Shown in pieces: positions 18,478 through 28,600 of a DNA stretch of 64,000 nt. Position numbers and translations under genes: made by a program. The notes beneath the pieces are model-generated. The model worked only from the letters and a program-made list of their open reading frames with translations, ran no database searches and was not told the origin of the DNA. Each line of letters begins with the position of its first letter. Position 1 is the first letter of the stretch. The DNA comes from Patescibacteria group bacterium (GTDB taxonomy: Bacteria; Patescibacteriota; Patescibacteriia; JAXHNJ01), in assembly GCA_041649715.1 (NCBI GenBank), contig JBAZMP010000001.1, positions 146,741 through 210,740 on the forward strand, read 5' to 3'.

Positions 18478-18553
18478 TGGGGTGACTAGAGGGATTTGCA
18501 CCCTCGCTAAAGCCTCCACAGGGCTCTGTGCTAACTACTACACTATAGTCACC
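18478..18553 (-). tRNA. tRNA-His(GTG)
   Basis: GGTGACTA/TAGTCACC acceptor with G-1, anticodon arm GAGCC-CTGTGGA-GGCTT, encoded CCA; variant T-loop TGCAAAT. Confidence 0.93.
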
Positions 18554-18562
18554 ATGATTGCT

Positions 18563-19150
18563 TTATTCGTTCGTTTGATGCTTGTGTTCCACCTCACGGA
18601 TTTTATTAAGAATCTCGCGCGGCAGTTCGCCGTATAATTGCTTGTCCGATTCCGTTAAACCATCTTGGAACATTTCGATTAACAGATCCCGTAAACTGCG
18701 GTATTTATACTGGATTTTTTGGGAAAGAATGCCTTTAGCCTCTTCGTCTTCTTCGCTGATTTTTTCCGCGTCCTGTCGCGTCGCTTTGACTTCTTCCATT
18801 ATATCAATTAATCTTGGTTCAAATTTTTGGTATTTTTCTTGTTCAAAAAAGTGTTCAAGATTAACCCCGACCTGGCCCGCGATATCTTCAAGAGTTTTAC
18901 TGGCGCTTAAAAGTGATTGGCGATCATAGACATTTTCCCGGACCATTTCTCTTTGAAAGGCTTGGGCGATGGGGATATATTCTTTAATTATTTCCTTGCT
19001 GTCGGGCAATAGCCCTTCTGATTTTTTCTGAATAAAAATATTAAGTTCCGTTTCTTTCTGATTAAGCTGTCCTAGCTCTTCTTCAACTTTTTCCTTCACC
19101 AAAGCATCGGACAGGGCTTTTTCTATATTGTCGTTTTCTCTTTCCGGCAT
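18563..19150 (-). CDS. Hypothetical charged helical protein
   Basis: 195-aa ORF filling the gap between two tRNAs. Confidence 0.7.
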   Translation of the reverse strand: MPERENDNIEKALSDALVKEKVEEELGQLNQKETELNIFIQKKSEGLLPDSKEIIKEYIPIAQAFQREMVRENVYDRQSLLSASKTLEDIAGQVGVNLEHFFEQEKYQKFEPRLIDIMEEVKATRQDAEKISEEDEEAKGILSQKIQYKYRSLRDLLIEMFQDGLTESDKQLYGELPREILNKIREVEHKHQTNE

Positions 19151-19164
19151 AAAATTTTTAATTT

Positions 19165-19239
19165 TGGTACCCTCGACAGGAATCGAACCTGTGTCCGCAG
19201 CTTAGAAGGCTGCTGTTCTATCCACTGAACTACGAGGGC
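19165..19239 (-). tRNA. tRNA-Arg(TCT)
   Basis: GCCCTCG acceptor, GCAGC-CTTCTAA-GCTGC anticodon arm, GGTTCGATTCC, CCA. Confidence 0.96.
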
Positions 19240-19456
19240 TATTAATATAAATAAATTTTTCAATGAGTAATCTTATTTTCCGTGATTTTATCCATCTTTC
19301 TCTGTAGGATAGATGATAGGAATTTTTGCTTATAGTGAATTCTTTTGAAAGGCGAGTTGCGACGGAGCCTTACTTTATTTCATTTATGGGGCGGGACGAC
19401 GAGGGTGTTAAAAACTTTGTAAGGTATACTAATTTTAGCAGAAAACGATGATGCCG

Positions 19457-20164
19457 TCAATCTAGCGGTGGTTTTCTGAAGCTTTCCGGCGTGATTTTTT
19501 GGGCAAAACCGATTTTTTTGGCGTAACCGGCCACGATCCTTTGAATAGAACGGGGGGTCAGGGGCTTCAGACTTGATTTTCCGCTGGCCCGGTCGTGACG
19601 GATGAATATAAATTCACATTTATCTTTTCTTTCATTTAGATATTCTTTTAGCCAGTAATTTCCTTGTTGGCCGAGACCCAGATCATAAAGACCTTTTCGT
19701 TTTAACCGGCAGATTTCCGAGACCTTTAATTGGGAAGAAAAAAGAAGTTCTAGGAGCAATCTGTCTCTTTTCCGGATAATGGCGGCGATTTTTTGTTCTT
19801 CCGGCGCCGCCATGATTTTTTCCAAATCTTTTCTAGACACTATCTCATTTGTTTTATTTTTCACCGGATATAGAGAAATTTTTTCGGGGTCGAGGTTATT
19901 GATATTTTCTTTATTCAAAAACTTTAAAAAAGCCCGCAAGGCGATAAGATGATAGTTCTGGGTGCTTTGATTCAGCTTGAGTCGATTGAGTCTTAGGCGA
20001 AAGGCGCGGATGGCCGGATAATTTAATTCTTCGGTTTCTGATATATCCATCAAGTCAATAAATCGGCCGAGGTAAAATTTATAGTTATTAAGGGTGGCCG
20101 GGCTTATTTCTTGTTTTTTGGCCCTTATAAAATCCGCCAATAAATTTGTTAACTCTTTTCTCAT
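19457..20164 (-). CDS. XerC/D-like tyrosine recombinase, catalytically degenerate and C-terminally truncated
   Basis: Core-binding domain (TQNYHLIALRAFLKFL); box I SSQLKVSEI; box II ITPESFRK then stop, with no Tyr region. Confidence 0.8.
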   Translation of the reverse strand: MRKELTNLLADFIRAKKQEISPATLNNYKFYLGRFIDLMDISETEELNYPAIRAFRLRLNRLKLNQSTQNYHLIALRAFLKFLNKENINNLDPEKISLYPVKNKTNEIVSRKDLEKIMAAPEEQKIAAIIRKRDRLLLELLFSSQLKVSEICRLKRKGLYDLGLGQQGNYWLKEYLNERKDKCEFIFIRHDRASGKSSLKPLTPRSIQRIVAGYAKKIGFAQKITPESFRKPPLD

Positions 20165-20318
20165 ACAATAATATTTTACGACACAAAGCTTGGATCGGCA
20201 AGGTAATTGACTGAAAAGCGACTTTATGTTATTTTTATCTTGCTAATAACTAACTACGTTTTCTTGGTGAAAGCCCTTTTCGGACTTCACTCGGGAAGCG
20301 CGGACAAGGGAAAAAGTA

Positions 20319-20585
20319 ATGCCTTTATCAAAACAGCAAAAGGACAGGATTATTGAAAAATTCAAGACCCATGCCTCCGACACCGGCTCTTCCGAGGTGC
20401 AGATCGCTATTCTTTGCGAAGAGATCCGCCAGTTGACGGACCACCTAAAGACCCACAAGAAAGATTTTTCTTCCCGGAGGGGTCTGCTCCGCAAGGTGGG
20501 CTTGCGCCGCCGGCTGCTCAAGTATCTGGAAAAGGACAATCTAAAAAGCTACGAAAGTCTGGTTAAGAAATTAAAACTAAAATAA
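20319..20585 (+). CDS. rpsO: 30S ribosomal protein S15
   Basis: DTGSSEVQIA, HLKTHKKDFSSRRGLL. Confidence 0.98.
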   Translation: MPLSKQQKDRIIEKFKTHASDTGSSEVQIAILCEEIRQLTDHLKTHKKDFSSRRGLLRKVGLRRRLLKYLEKDNLKSYESLVKKLKLK

Positions 20586-20586
20586 T

Positions 20587-21117
20587 ATGCCGAAGCACGC
20601 AGAACAGCGCGTCGGCGTTTTCGTCGACGTTTCCAACATGTATCATTCCGCCAAAAATCTTTACGGCGCGAAAGTAAATTTTGGCAAAGTTTTGGAAGAA
20701 GCGGTTTCGGGGCGGAAACTGATCCGGGCCATTGCCTATGTCATCAAGGCGGCCAGCCAGGAAGAGCAGAATTTTTTTGAAGCCCTGGACAAGCAGGGGT
20801 TTGAGGTGAAGATGAAGGACCTGCAGGTTTTTTGGGGGGGGGCGAAAAAAGGCGACTGGGATGTCGGCATCACCATTGACGCGGTGTTGCTGGCCAATAA
20901 AATGGACGCGGTGATCTTGGTCACCGGCGATGGCGATTATCTGCCGCTGGTCAATTATTTGAAGACCAATAAGGGTTGTTTTGTGGAAGTGATGGCTTTC
21001 GGTGAATCCTGCTCCACCAAACTGAAGGAAACCGCCGATGAATTCACCGATTTATCAGCCAATAAAAAGAAATATTTGCTGCCGATCAGCCCCCGCCGTC
21101 TGGCCAGAAGAAGATAA
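20587..21117 (+). CDS. NYN/LabA (DUF88) PIN-like protein
   Basis: VFVDVSN, KGDWDVGITID, LVTGDGDYLP. Confidence 0.92.
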   Translation: MPKHAEQRVGVFVDVSNMYHSAKNLYGAKVNFGKVLEEAVSGRKLIRAIAYVIKAASQEEQNFFEALDKQGFEVKMKDLQVFWGGAKKGDWDVGITIDAVLLANKMDAVILVTGDGDYLPLVNYLKTNKGCFVEVMAFGESCSTKLKETADEFTDLSANKKKYLLPISPRRLARRR

Positions 21118-21132
21118 TTAATTTTTAAAAAT

Positions 21133-21855
21133 ATGTCGAATTATAATGAGTCCGTCGGTGAAAGTCTGGGAACCGGCCCAGCGGAATCAGGCTACGAGCC
21201 CGATCTATATTTTCGACCACCGGCCACGGAACAAGATTACGAGCGATTTTCCATCGCTGACTCTTTGGATAAAAGTTTTAACGAGATAGATGAAATGCCG
21301 GCGATGCCCGATATCGTTATAAGTCCGGAGGAAATAAAAGATATTTCCGAACGGGAAGCCCTGCAAAAATATTTAAAAGAGATTTTGACCGAATTGTTCG
21401 CCAATTCGAGAATTAAAGATTTTCGGCGGCAAACAAAAAAAGAAGGCTATACGGTCCTAAGTCGCCTGGAAAAAGAAGAGATATTCAGAATATATGACCG
21501 GATAAAATCCCAGGCGCGGGAGAAAATCGGCCCTCTTTTAACGCCCAAATTGCTGAACGAAGTCAAATTTATCACGGGCAGCGACCTGAATCATTCTTTG
21601 CGGTCAAGAATCCTGGAGGGGGGCGATGCCGAACCCTGGATGATATTAAACCCCATTAAAAAGGGGCGTTTCAATCGTTTGGTCGACTACATGGATTCGC
21701 GAAAATTACGTCTCTTTTTGAGAAATTCTTTGAGCAAAAAAGGCGATATTAAGTTCATTCGGCAGTCCGTGAAGGAAGGGACGGGAACTGAAGCGATGGC
21801 CGAAGTGGCCAAAGATTTTCCCGACGTGGAAGAAGAAGCCGCTGAAGCCAAATAG
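21133..21855 (+). CDS. Hypothetical protein
   Basis: 240-aa ORF co-oriented in the rpsO-pnp region. Confidence 0.7.
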   Translation: MSNYNESVGESLGTGPAESGYEPDLYFRPPATEQDYERFSIADSLDKSFNEIDEMPAMPDIVISPEEIKDISEREALQKYLKEILTELFANSRIKDFRRQTKKEGYTVLSRLEKEEIFRIYDRIKSQAREKIGPLLTPKLLNEVKFITGSDLNHSLRSRILEGGDAEPWMILNPIKKGRFNRLVDYMDSRKLRLFLRNSLSKKGDIKFIRQSVKEGTGTEAMAEVAKDFPDVEEEAAEAK

Positions 21856-22018
21856 CCCGTTGGTCTGGACAAATAGGCGAAAATAAGCTAGAGTATCTAT
21901 ATTCGCAACTTAATAATTATCTTGGCCGTCAGACAGGTGGACTATCAAAAACAGGCAAATATAAGCCATTTTGCGTAGTCTAAAGCCTGCCGGCCAAACA
22001 TTCGGAAAGGAATTTTTT

Positions 22019-24262
22019 ATGTCCGTGCAAAGATTTGAAACGGAATTGGCCGGAAAAAAACTAATCATCGAGACGGGTAAGCTCGCCGCACAGGCCCACG
22101 GCTCCTGCACCTTGCAGTACGGCGAAACCGTCGTTTTGGCGACCGCTGTCATGAGCCAGAATGTCCGGGAAGGGATAGACTACTTCCCGCTTTTGGTTGA
22201 CTACGAAGAGAGGCTGTACGCCGCCGGCAAGATCAAAGGCTCGCGCTTTATCAAGAGGGAGGGCCGGCCTTCGGATGACGCCATTTTGGTATCCCGGCTG
22301 GTGGATCGGGCCATCCGGCCTTTTTTCAACCAAAAAATGCGCAATGATGTGCAGGTCGTCATCACGGTTCTCTCCGTGGATATGGAGAACGATTCCGATA
22401 TTTTCTCTCTCATCGCCGCTTCCTGTGCCCTGCATATTTCCGACATTCCCTGGGCCGGGCCCTTGGGTTGCGTCCGGGTCGGCCAGATTTCAGGTGAATG
22501 GGTTTTAAACCCCACTTATGCCGCCCGGGAAAAAAGCGATTTTGACCTGGTTGTGGCCGGCACCGCGGAAAAGGTGGTCATGATGGAAGCAAAAGCGAAT
22601 GAAACCCCGGAAAAGACCATCGTGGAAGGGATCGCCTTCGGCCACAAAAATTTGAAAAAGATAATTGATCTGATCGAAGAAGTCAGAAAAAAGGTCGGTT
22701 CGGAAAAAATCAAGCCGGATTTTGAAGAATTGACCGATGAGGAAAAGTCCGCTTTTGAAAAAGTGCAAAGCAAGGTCAAGACTTTTACCGCCGGAAAACT
22801 GAAGGAATTGCTGACGATCAAGGAAAAGGCCAAACGCGAAGAAGAACTGACCCGCTTAAAAGAAGAGTTGGACCAGGCCTTAAAAGATGATAACGAAGTA
22901 TCTAAAGAAATGCGAGAAGAGGCTTCGGATATTTTAGAGGATTTTTTGGACGCGGAAGGCCAGCGCTTGGTTTTGGAGGAGAACAAGCGGGTGGATGGCC
23001 GGGCCCTGGATGAGATCCGGCCCATTTCCTGTGAAGTGGGGTTGCTACCGCGTACCCATGGTTCGGGACTTTTCAACCGCGGCGAAACGCAGGTACTTTC
23101 CATTGTAACCTTGGGTTCCCCCGGCGACGAGCAGACTCTGGATACGATGGAGGAATCCGGCAAGAAAAGATACATGCATCATTATAATTTTCCCGGTTTT
23201 TCCACTGGCGAAGTCGCGCCCTTAAGAGGGGCGGGACGGCGGGAAATCGGGCACGGGGCGTTGGCGGAAAAATCGCTTGAACCGGTCTTGCCCTCCAAGG
23301 AAGACTTCCCCTACACCATCCGCGTTGTCTCGGAGGTTTTATCCTCCAATGGCTCAACCTCCCAGGCCTCGGTCTGCGGCTCATCCTTGGCTTTAATGGA
23401 CGCTGGCGTGCCAATAAAGAAGCCGGTGGCCGGCATTGCCATGGGTTTGGTTATGGATGAAGCGAGCGGTAAATATAAGATTATCACCGATATTCAGGGG
23501 CTGGAAGATCATTCCGGCGGCATGGATTTTAAGGTGGCGGGCACGCTTTCAGGCATTACCGCCATCCAGCTCGATGTTAAAGTTTCGGGCCTGACCCTAA
23601 AGATTTGCGAGGAGACTTTAGCTAAAGCGAGAACGGCCCGCGAGTATATCCTTCAAAAAATAACGGCAGTGATCAGCCAGCCCCGGAAAGAATTATCGCC
23701 TTACGCGCCTCGTATTTATTCTTTGAGGATCGATCCGGAGAAGATCCGCGACGTGATCGGCCGCGGCGGCGAAGTTATCAACAAGATCATCGATGAATGC
23801 GGCGGACGCGACGTGACCAAAATAGATATTGAAGACGACGGTCTGGTCATGATCACTTCTCACAATCCGGAGATGGGCGTAAAAGCCCTGGAGTGGGTGA
23901 AAAACCTGACACGTGACGTGGCGATTGGCGAGATCTATGAAGGGACCGTGACGCAAATCATGCGGGACAGGATGAATGAGGCGAAAGAGATCGGCGCTAT
24001 TGTCGAACTTTTCCCCGGCCACGACGGCATGGTTCATGTCTCGGAGTTTTCCTATCAGAGGATTGACAAAGTAAGCGACGTGGTTAAAGTCGGCGACAAA
24101 TTAAAAGTTAAAGTGGTTGACGTAGATAAGGAAAGAGGCCGGGTTAGCCTTTCGGTTAAAGCTTTGTCCCAGGCGCCGGCCGGTTACGAGAATTTTTCTC
24201 GTGATTCGCGCCCTTCTGATAACAGAAAAAGAAAGCCATTCGGCTTCCGTAAAAGATTCTAA
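22019..24262 (+). CDS. pnp: Polyribonucleotide nucleotidyltransferase (PNPase)
   Basis: FPLLVDYEER, RTHGSGLF.RGETQ, RREIGHG, DFKVAG, KH and S1 domains. Confidence 0.98.
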   Translation: MSVQRFETELAGKKLIIETGKLAAQAHGSCTLQYGETVVLATAVMSQNVREGIDYFPLLVDYEERLYAAGKIKGSRFIKREGRPSDDAILVSRLVDRAIRPFFNQKMRNDVQVVITVLSVDMENDSDIFSLIAASCALHISDIPWAGPLGCVRVGQISGEWVLNPTYAAREKSDFDLVVAGTAEKVVMMEAKANETPEKTIVEGIAFGHKNLKKIIDLIEEVRKKVGSEKIKPDFEELTDEEKSAFEKVQSKVKTFTAGKLKELLTIKEKAKREEELTRLKEELDQALKDDNEVSKEMREEASDILEDFLDAEGQRLVLEENKRVDGRALDEIRPISCEVGLLPRTHGSGLFNRGETQVLSIVTLGSPGDEQTLDTMEESGKKRYMHHYNFPGFSTGEVAPLRGAGRREIGHGALAEKSLEPVLPSKEDFPYTIRVVSEVLSSNGSTSQASVCGSSLALMDAGVPIKKPVAGIAMGLVMDEASGKYKIITDIQGLEDHSGGMDFKVAGTLSGITAIQLDVKVSGLTLKICEETLAKARTAREYILQKITAVISQPRKELSPYAPRIYSLRIDPEKIRDVIGRGGEVINKIIDECGGRDVTKIDIEDDGLVMITSHNPEMGVKALEWVKNLTRDVAIGEIYEGTVTQIMRDRMNEAKEIGAIVELFPGHDGMVHVSEFSYQRIDKVSDVVKVGDKLKVKVVDVDKERGRVSLSVKALSQAPAGYENFSRDSRPSDNRKRKPFGFRKRF

Positions 24263-24275
24263 AACATTAGTCTTT

Positions 24276-24833
24276 ATGATAATATCACTTTCCGGCGCGC
24301 CCGGCAGTGGCAAATCAACGGTCGCCAAAAAATTGGCGGACCGTTTGGGATACAAGCGTTATTATATGGGTGAGATTTTGCGGCTTAAGGCGAAGGAGAA
24401 AAATATGACTCTGGCGGAATATTTGAAACTGGGCGAGACGGATTTTTCAGTTGATAGGGAAGTCGACCAGTACATGAAAGAATTGTCCAAAAAAGAAGAT
24501 AATTTCATTATAGAAAATCGTACTGCTTTTCACATTCTTCCTCAATCTTTGAAAATCTATTTAGATATTCAAGAAAAGGAAGGAGCTAAACGGATATTCT
24601 CGGACTTGAAAATTAATCCTACGAGAAACGAAGCCAGAAATCTAAATTCGGTCGAAGCGGTTATTAAAGCCAATAGAGAGCGCCGGATAGGTGACCAGAA
24701 AAGATACCGACAATATTATCAAATCGACCTGTTTAACCCCAAGAATTATGATTTTGTCCTGGATACCACGAATTTAAATCCTGAGGAAGAATTCCAAGAG
24801 GTGTGGCGCTTCGTTAAGAGTAAATTAGGCTAA
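24276..24833 (+). CDS. cmk: Cytidylate kinase, archaeal-type
   Basis: IISLSGAPGSGKST, RY.QYYQID, YDFVLDTT. Confidence 0.88.
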   Translation: MIISLSGAPGSGKSTVAKKLADRLGYKRYYMGEILRLKAKEKNMTLAEYLKLGETDFSVDREVDQYMKELSKKEDNFIIENRTAFHILPQSLKIYLDIQEKEGAKRIFSDLKINPTRNEARNLNSVEAVIKANRERRIGDQKRYRQYYQIDLFNPKNYDFVLDTTNLNPEEEFQEVWRFVKSKLG

Positions 24834-24946
24834 TTATAGCAAAAAAATTTAATCTGTGGATAAAGTCAACTGTTTAACGGATTATTTTGAAATATCTATA
24901 ATAAATAAATAGCTATATTAAGCCATTTTTTTGATTTTTCAACAAC

Positions 24947-24975
24947 TTGACAACAGGCAATAAGTTTGATATACT
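24947..24975 (+). promoter_or_regulatory. Sigma70 promoter
   Basis: TTGACA-N17-TATACT. Confidence 0.7.
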
Positions 24976-25418
24976 AGTTATGTAAATATTCGCGAACTGA
25001 TTAGGTAGGAAAAGATTTTGGCTAATTTTAGCCTAATGAGTTAAAATCTTTTCTTAACTATTCGTCAAGGGTAGCTGGGTACCCGTTTGAAAAATTGTAA
25101 ACAAAAACAAAAAGGTATGTCTTTGGGTCAAACCAGGGATAATACCAGAAGAATGGTTAAGAATATTTTAGATCTTTTTACCCCAGCAATAAAGATTAGT
25201 CGGGAGGGAAAATCATCATATTTTATTCTGCCGTTAATCCGTTCTCTTGAAAAAGGGAGCCGGCTATCGGCGGAATAGAATTGGATCTTTCACTAACTCC
25301 CATAGGCGCATGTCGCCTTTAAAGCAACAATGTTTTTCAAGGTGCCACATGCGCCTTTTCTTTTTGCATTCAAAATCATCGCGATCAATTTCTGTAGGCA
25401 GTTTTTTAGGCTTTTTTA

Positions 25419-25447
25419 TTGACAAAAGGCAAAAATAGGAGTATAAT
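25419..25447 (+). promoter_or_regulatory. Consensus sigma70 promoter of the surface-protein gene
   Basis: TTGACA-N17-TATAAT. Confidence 0.8.
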
Positions 25448-25642
25448 AATAGCATAACTATATAGATTTACCGTTAATATAAGCCGTTTAATGTATAATT
25501 TCGGTAAAATTAATTTAATAAATCAGGAGGGCGAGTAAACCGCTATTTTTAGCGGTCTTTTTTTGTTTAAAACAACCTATTTAATATATTTAACATTAAT
25601 CTTCCGTCTTTTGACGGTTTCTAAAAAAATAATAATAAAAAA

Positions 25643-28600
25643 ATGAAGAAAAAATTATATATTATCTTAAATTTTCTCACCGTTCTTTCCCTCGTCGGTC
25701 CTTTTTCTTTTATGAATGTGAATTTCGCGCAAGCAATAACCGCCGGTCCAAGCATATCAGTATACGCCGGCGACACCACTTTGGATGAAACTACCAGCTA
25801 TATTATTACTTTAAATCACATTCCTGAAATGACCACGACCGAAGTTTGGCATAACATCCAGTTTTTTACGGGAATTAATTACCGCGGGGCAGAAAATCCG
25901 AATGCAGAAATCGATTTTTCGAATGCCACTCTGACTGGCGGTTACGTCCGTGTTTACACGGGCGAATCCTATGTGACCGTGCCCGCGGGACAAACGGAAT
26001 TGCAGACTAGTGCCGATAATATCAGAAATTTTGATTTGATCATTAATGGTGCCTACAGTATACCCGAAAATGCCCTGATTAAGATTAAAATAAATAATGT
26101 GGTTAATCCCAGCGTCGCCGGCACTTTCAGCGCCTGGTTTAACGGCGGCTTTTCAGATAATGTAGGTTGGAACGACATAGGCGGCGCACAAAATGATAGT
26201 GCCCTGCTTCTAGGGATCGATAAATTCATTAACGGTGACGTGACGTATAAGACGGGAGGGGCGGTTACCACTTGTGCGATCAACGCCAATAAACAGGGGG
26301 CGCAGGAATGGGCAAACGCCGATTGCGACGGTAGCGGCCACTATAACTTGGGCTTGACTTCCGCTGGTACCTGGCAGGTTCATCTTGATGCCAAAAATAT
26401 CAACGGCCAAAGAGTGACGACGGACTGGATTTATGAAGGATCCGATTCTTATGTTGAGGCTAATGTCGCGGGCACTTATACTCAAAATTTTTCGGTGGTT
26501 AAAGCCACTTCTTCGGTTATGGGGAAAGTACTTTTGGCAAACGGCGCCGTCCCCGCTAACCCATGGGAATATCGCGTGGACATCAGGAATCAGCAAGGAC
26601 AGGGTTCCGGGACTAATTTGGGTAATGATGGCGCGTTCAGTGTTCCGGTTTTAGCCGGCACCTACAACCTCAGCGTCAATTCGCAGAACGCGCAATTTTA
26701 TGTTGATCCTCTAAACATAACGATCGGAAATGATCAAACAAAGAATGTCGGTACTTTAACCCTGAAAGAGAAGACGGCTGCCATCAAGGGTAAGGTGACC
26801 GATGACTCCGGTTCACCGGTCAGCGGCCTAAGGGTGAATATGTGGGGCCAGAATGGTTGGGGAGAAGGCCGGACGAACGCCAATGGAAATTACACCATCT
26901 GGACTTATAAAGGTGACTGGGAAATAATGGTTGATCAGATGGAGGCCGGCCAGCAGGGTTTGATCCAGCAGGGCGAGCCAAACCGGATTTCCATTACTGA
27001 AAATGATCAGATTGTGACCGGGGTTAATTTCAGGTTGATTCAGACCGATGCCACGGCCAAACTGACCATTCTTGATATGAACGGGGTTAAAGCCGGCAAC
27101 ATAAATGGTTACGCTTATTGCCGCAAAGCCGACGCGATGCCCGGTCCGGGCAGTGATTTTGGCATGGGTTTGGGCGGTCAAAGCGCGAACCCCGTTTCCA
27201 TACCGGTTATCGGCGGCGAGACCTACGTCTGCGGCGTGAACGTACCCTCCGAAATGAACTTAGCTTTGGATAAGGAGGTCGAGGCGTATATCGGTGTCGG
27301 CCAAACCAAATCCATCAGCGTTGTTTTGCTTCATAATGATTCGGAAATTGTCGGCTACTTGAGGGATGCGTCAAGCGGCGCCGTGATTACCAATGTCGAG
27401 GGCGATGTCTTCGCCCAAGGCGAAATGAAGGGCATGGGTTATCATTCTTTCATCAATGCCGATGGAAGCTACCGTTTGTCAGTCAAGGGCGGCAGCTCAT
27501 ATTTCTTGGGATATAATATCAGAACAGCCGGCTATGTTCAGGGCCAGCCGGATCAGTCGCCGGTCGTCGTACCGGCCAGCAGCCGCGTGGTGAAGACCTT
27601 GAAAGTGCATAAGGCTAACGCCAATCTAAATATCACGGTGCTTGATCCCGACGGGAGTAAGGTGACATATGCCTGGGTGTGGTGTGATAACATGAAACAA
27701 AAAGAGAACGAATTAAAAGGTTCTTTTGAGGGCGGAGAGGTTTTGCATGCCGGCGGAGAAACCAATCTTTCGGGCGTGGCCAAACTGCCCATCGTCGCCG
27801 GGGAGTATACTTGCGGAGCCGGTCTGCCGCCCAACATGGCGCAGTACATGCCGCCAGAGAATGCGGAGATAATGATTGTGTCCGGGGCGACGGAAAACAT
27901 CACTTTGCAATTCAGGGAATCGGAAGGGACGGTTAAGGGCAGTGTCACGGATGAGAACGGCAGCGAAATGTCAATGGGTTTTTGCCATGCCTGGAATCCG
28001 GAAGGCGGTTTTTCCGGGGGCCAAGTCTTTAACGGTTCATACAGCATTCCTCTGACCCGCGGCACCTGGTATGTCGGCTGCGACAGCATGAACGGCCAGG
28101 AATTTTTCCGATCGGATGAAATGCAGATCAATCTTGAGGCGGTGGGCGATAATATCAGCAAAGATTTTGTCTTAAGAAAATCAAGTTTTGAGATTCCGCA
28201 GGGCATCAGCCAGAGTTTTGATGCCAGCACTTTAACGGTTATTAATTTGCCGGACGGCTCAATGATCACTATTCCCGCCAATGCCGTCGCGACTTCCGGC
28301 ACCTACACCTTGACCGCTTCACCGAATATTAATCTTTACCATACGCCAGAGGCCAAGCCAGCTTTAGGCTTTGCCTGGTCTTTTGAACTGACCGATTCAA
28401 GCGGCCAGTCGGTAACCACGAACTTCAACAGCAATGTTACCATCACGATAAAATATGATGAGGAGATATTGCGAGAAATGGGTATTGATGAGGCAAAGAT
28501 CATCGGCCGCTATTGGGATGAGGCTTCTTCCACCTGGAAGATGCCGGATAATATCGTGCAAGATACGGAAAACAATATTATCAATATCATGATCGATCAC

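Larger units (their letters stand above)
10805..18502. mobile_element. Genomic island integrated at tRNA-His, with no integrase inside
   Basis: Flanking direct repeat of the tRNA 3' end plus a duplicated terminator; GC-rich core at 13.0-17.6 kb with strong SD sites. Confidence 0.78.

Noticed and set aside
19457-20164. Xer-like gene as the integrase of the tRNA-His island
   Set aside because: It lies outside the repeats and lacks the catalytic residues.
24855-24863. oriC suggested by a perfect DnaA box (TGTGGATAA)
   Set aside because: Only one clear box was found and there is no dnaA/dnaN nearby. It may be regulatory at most.
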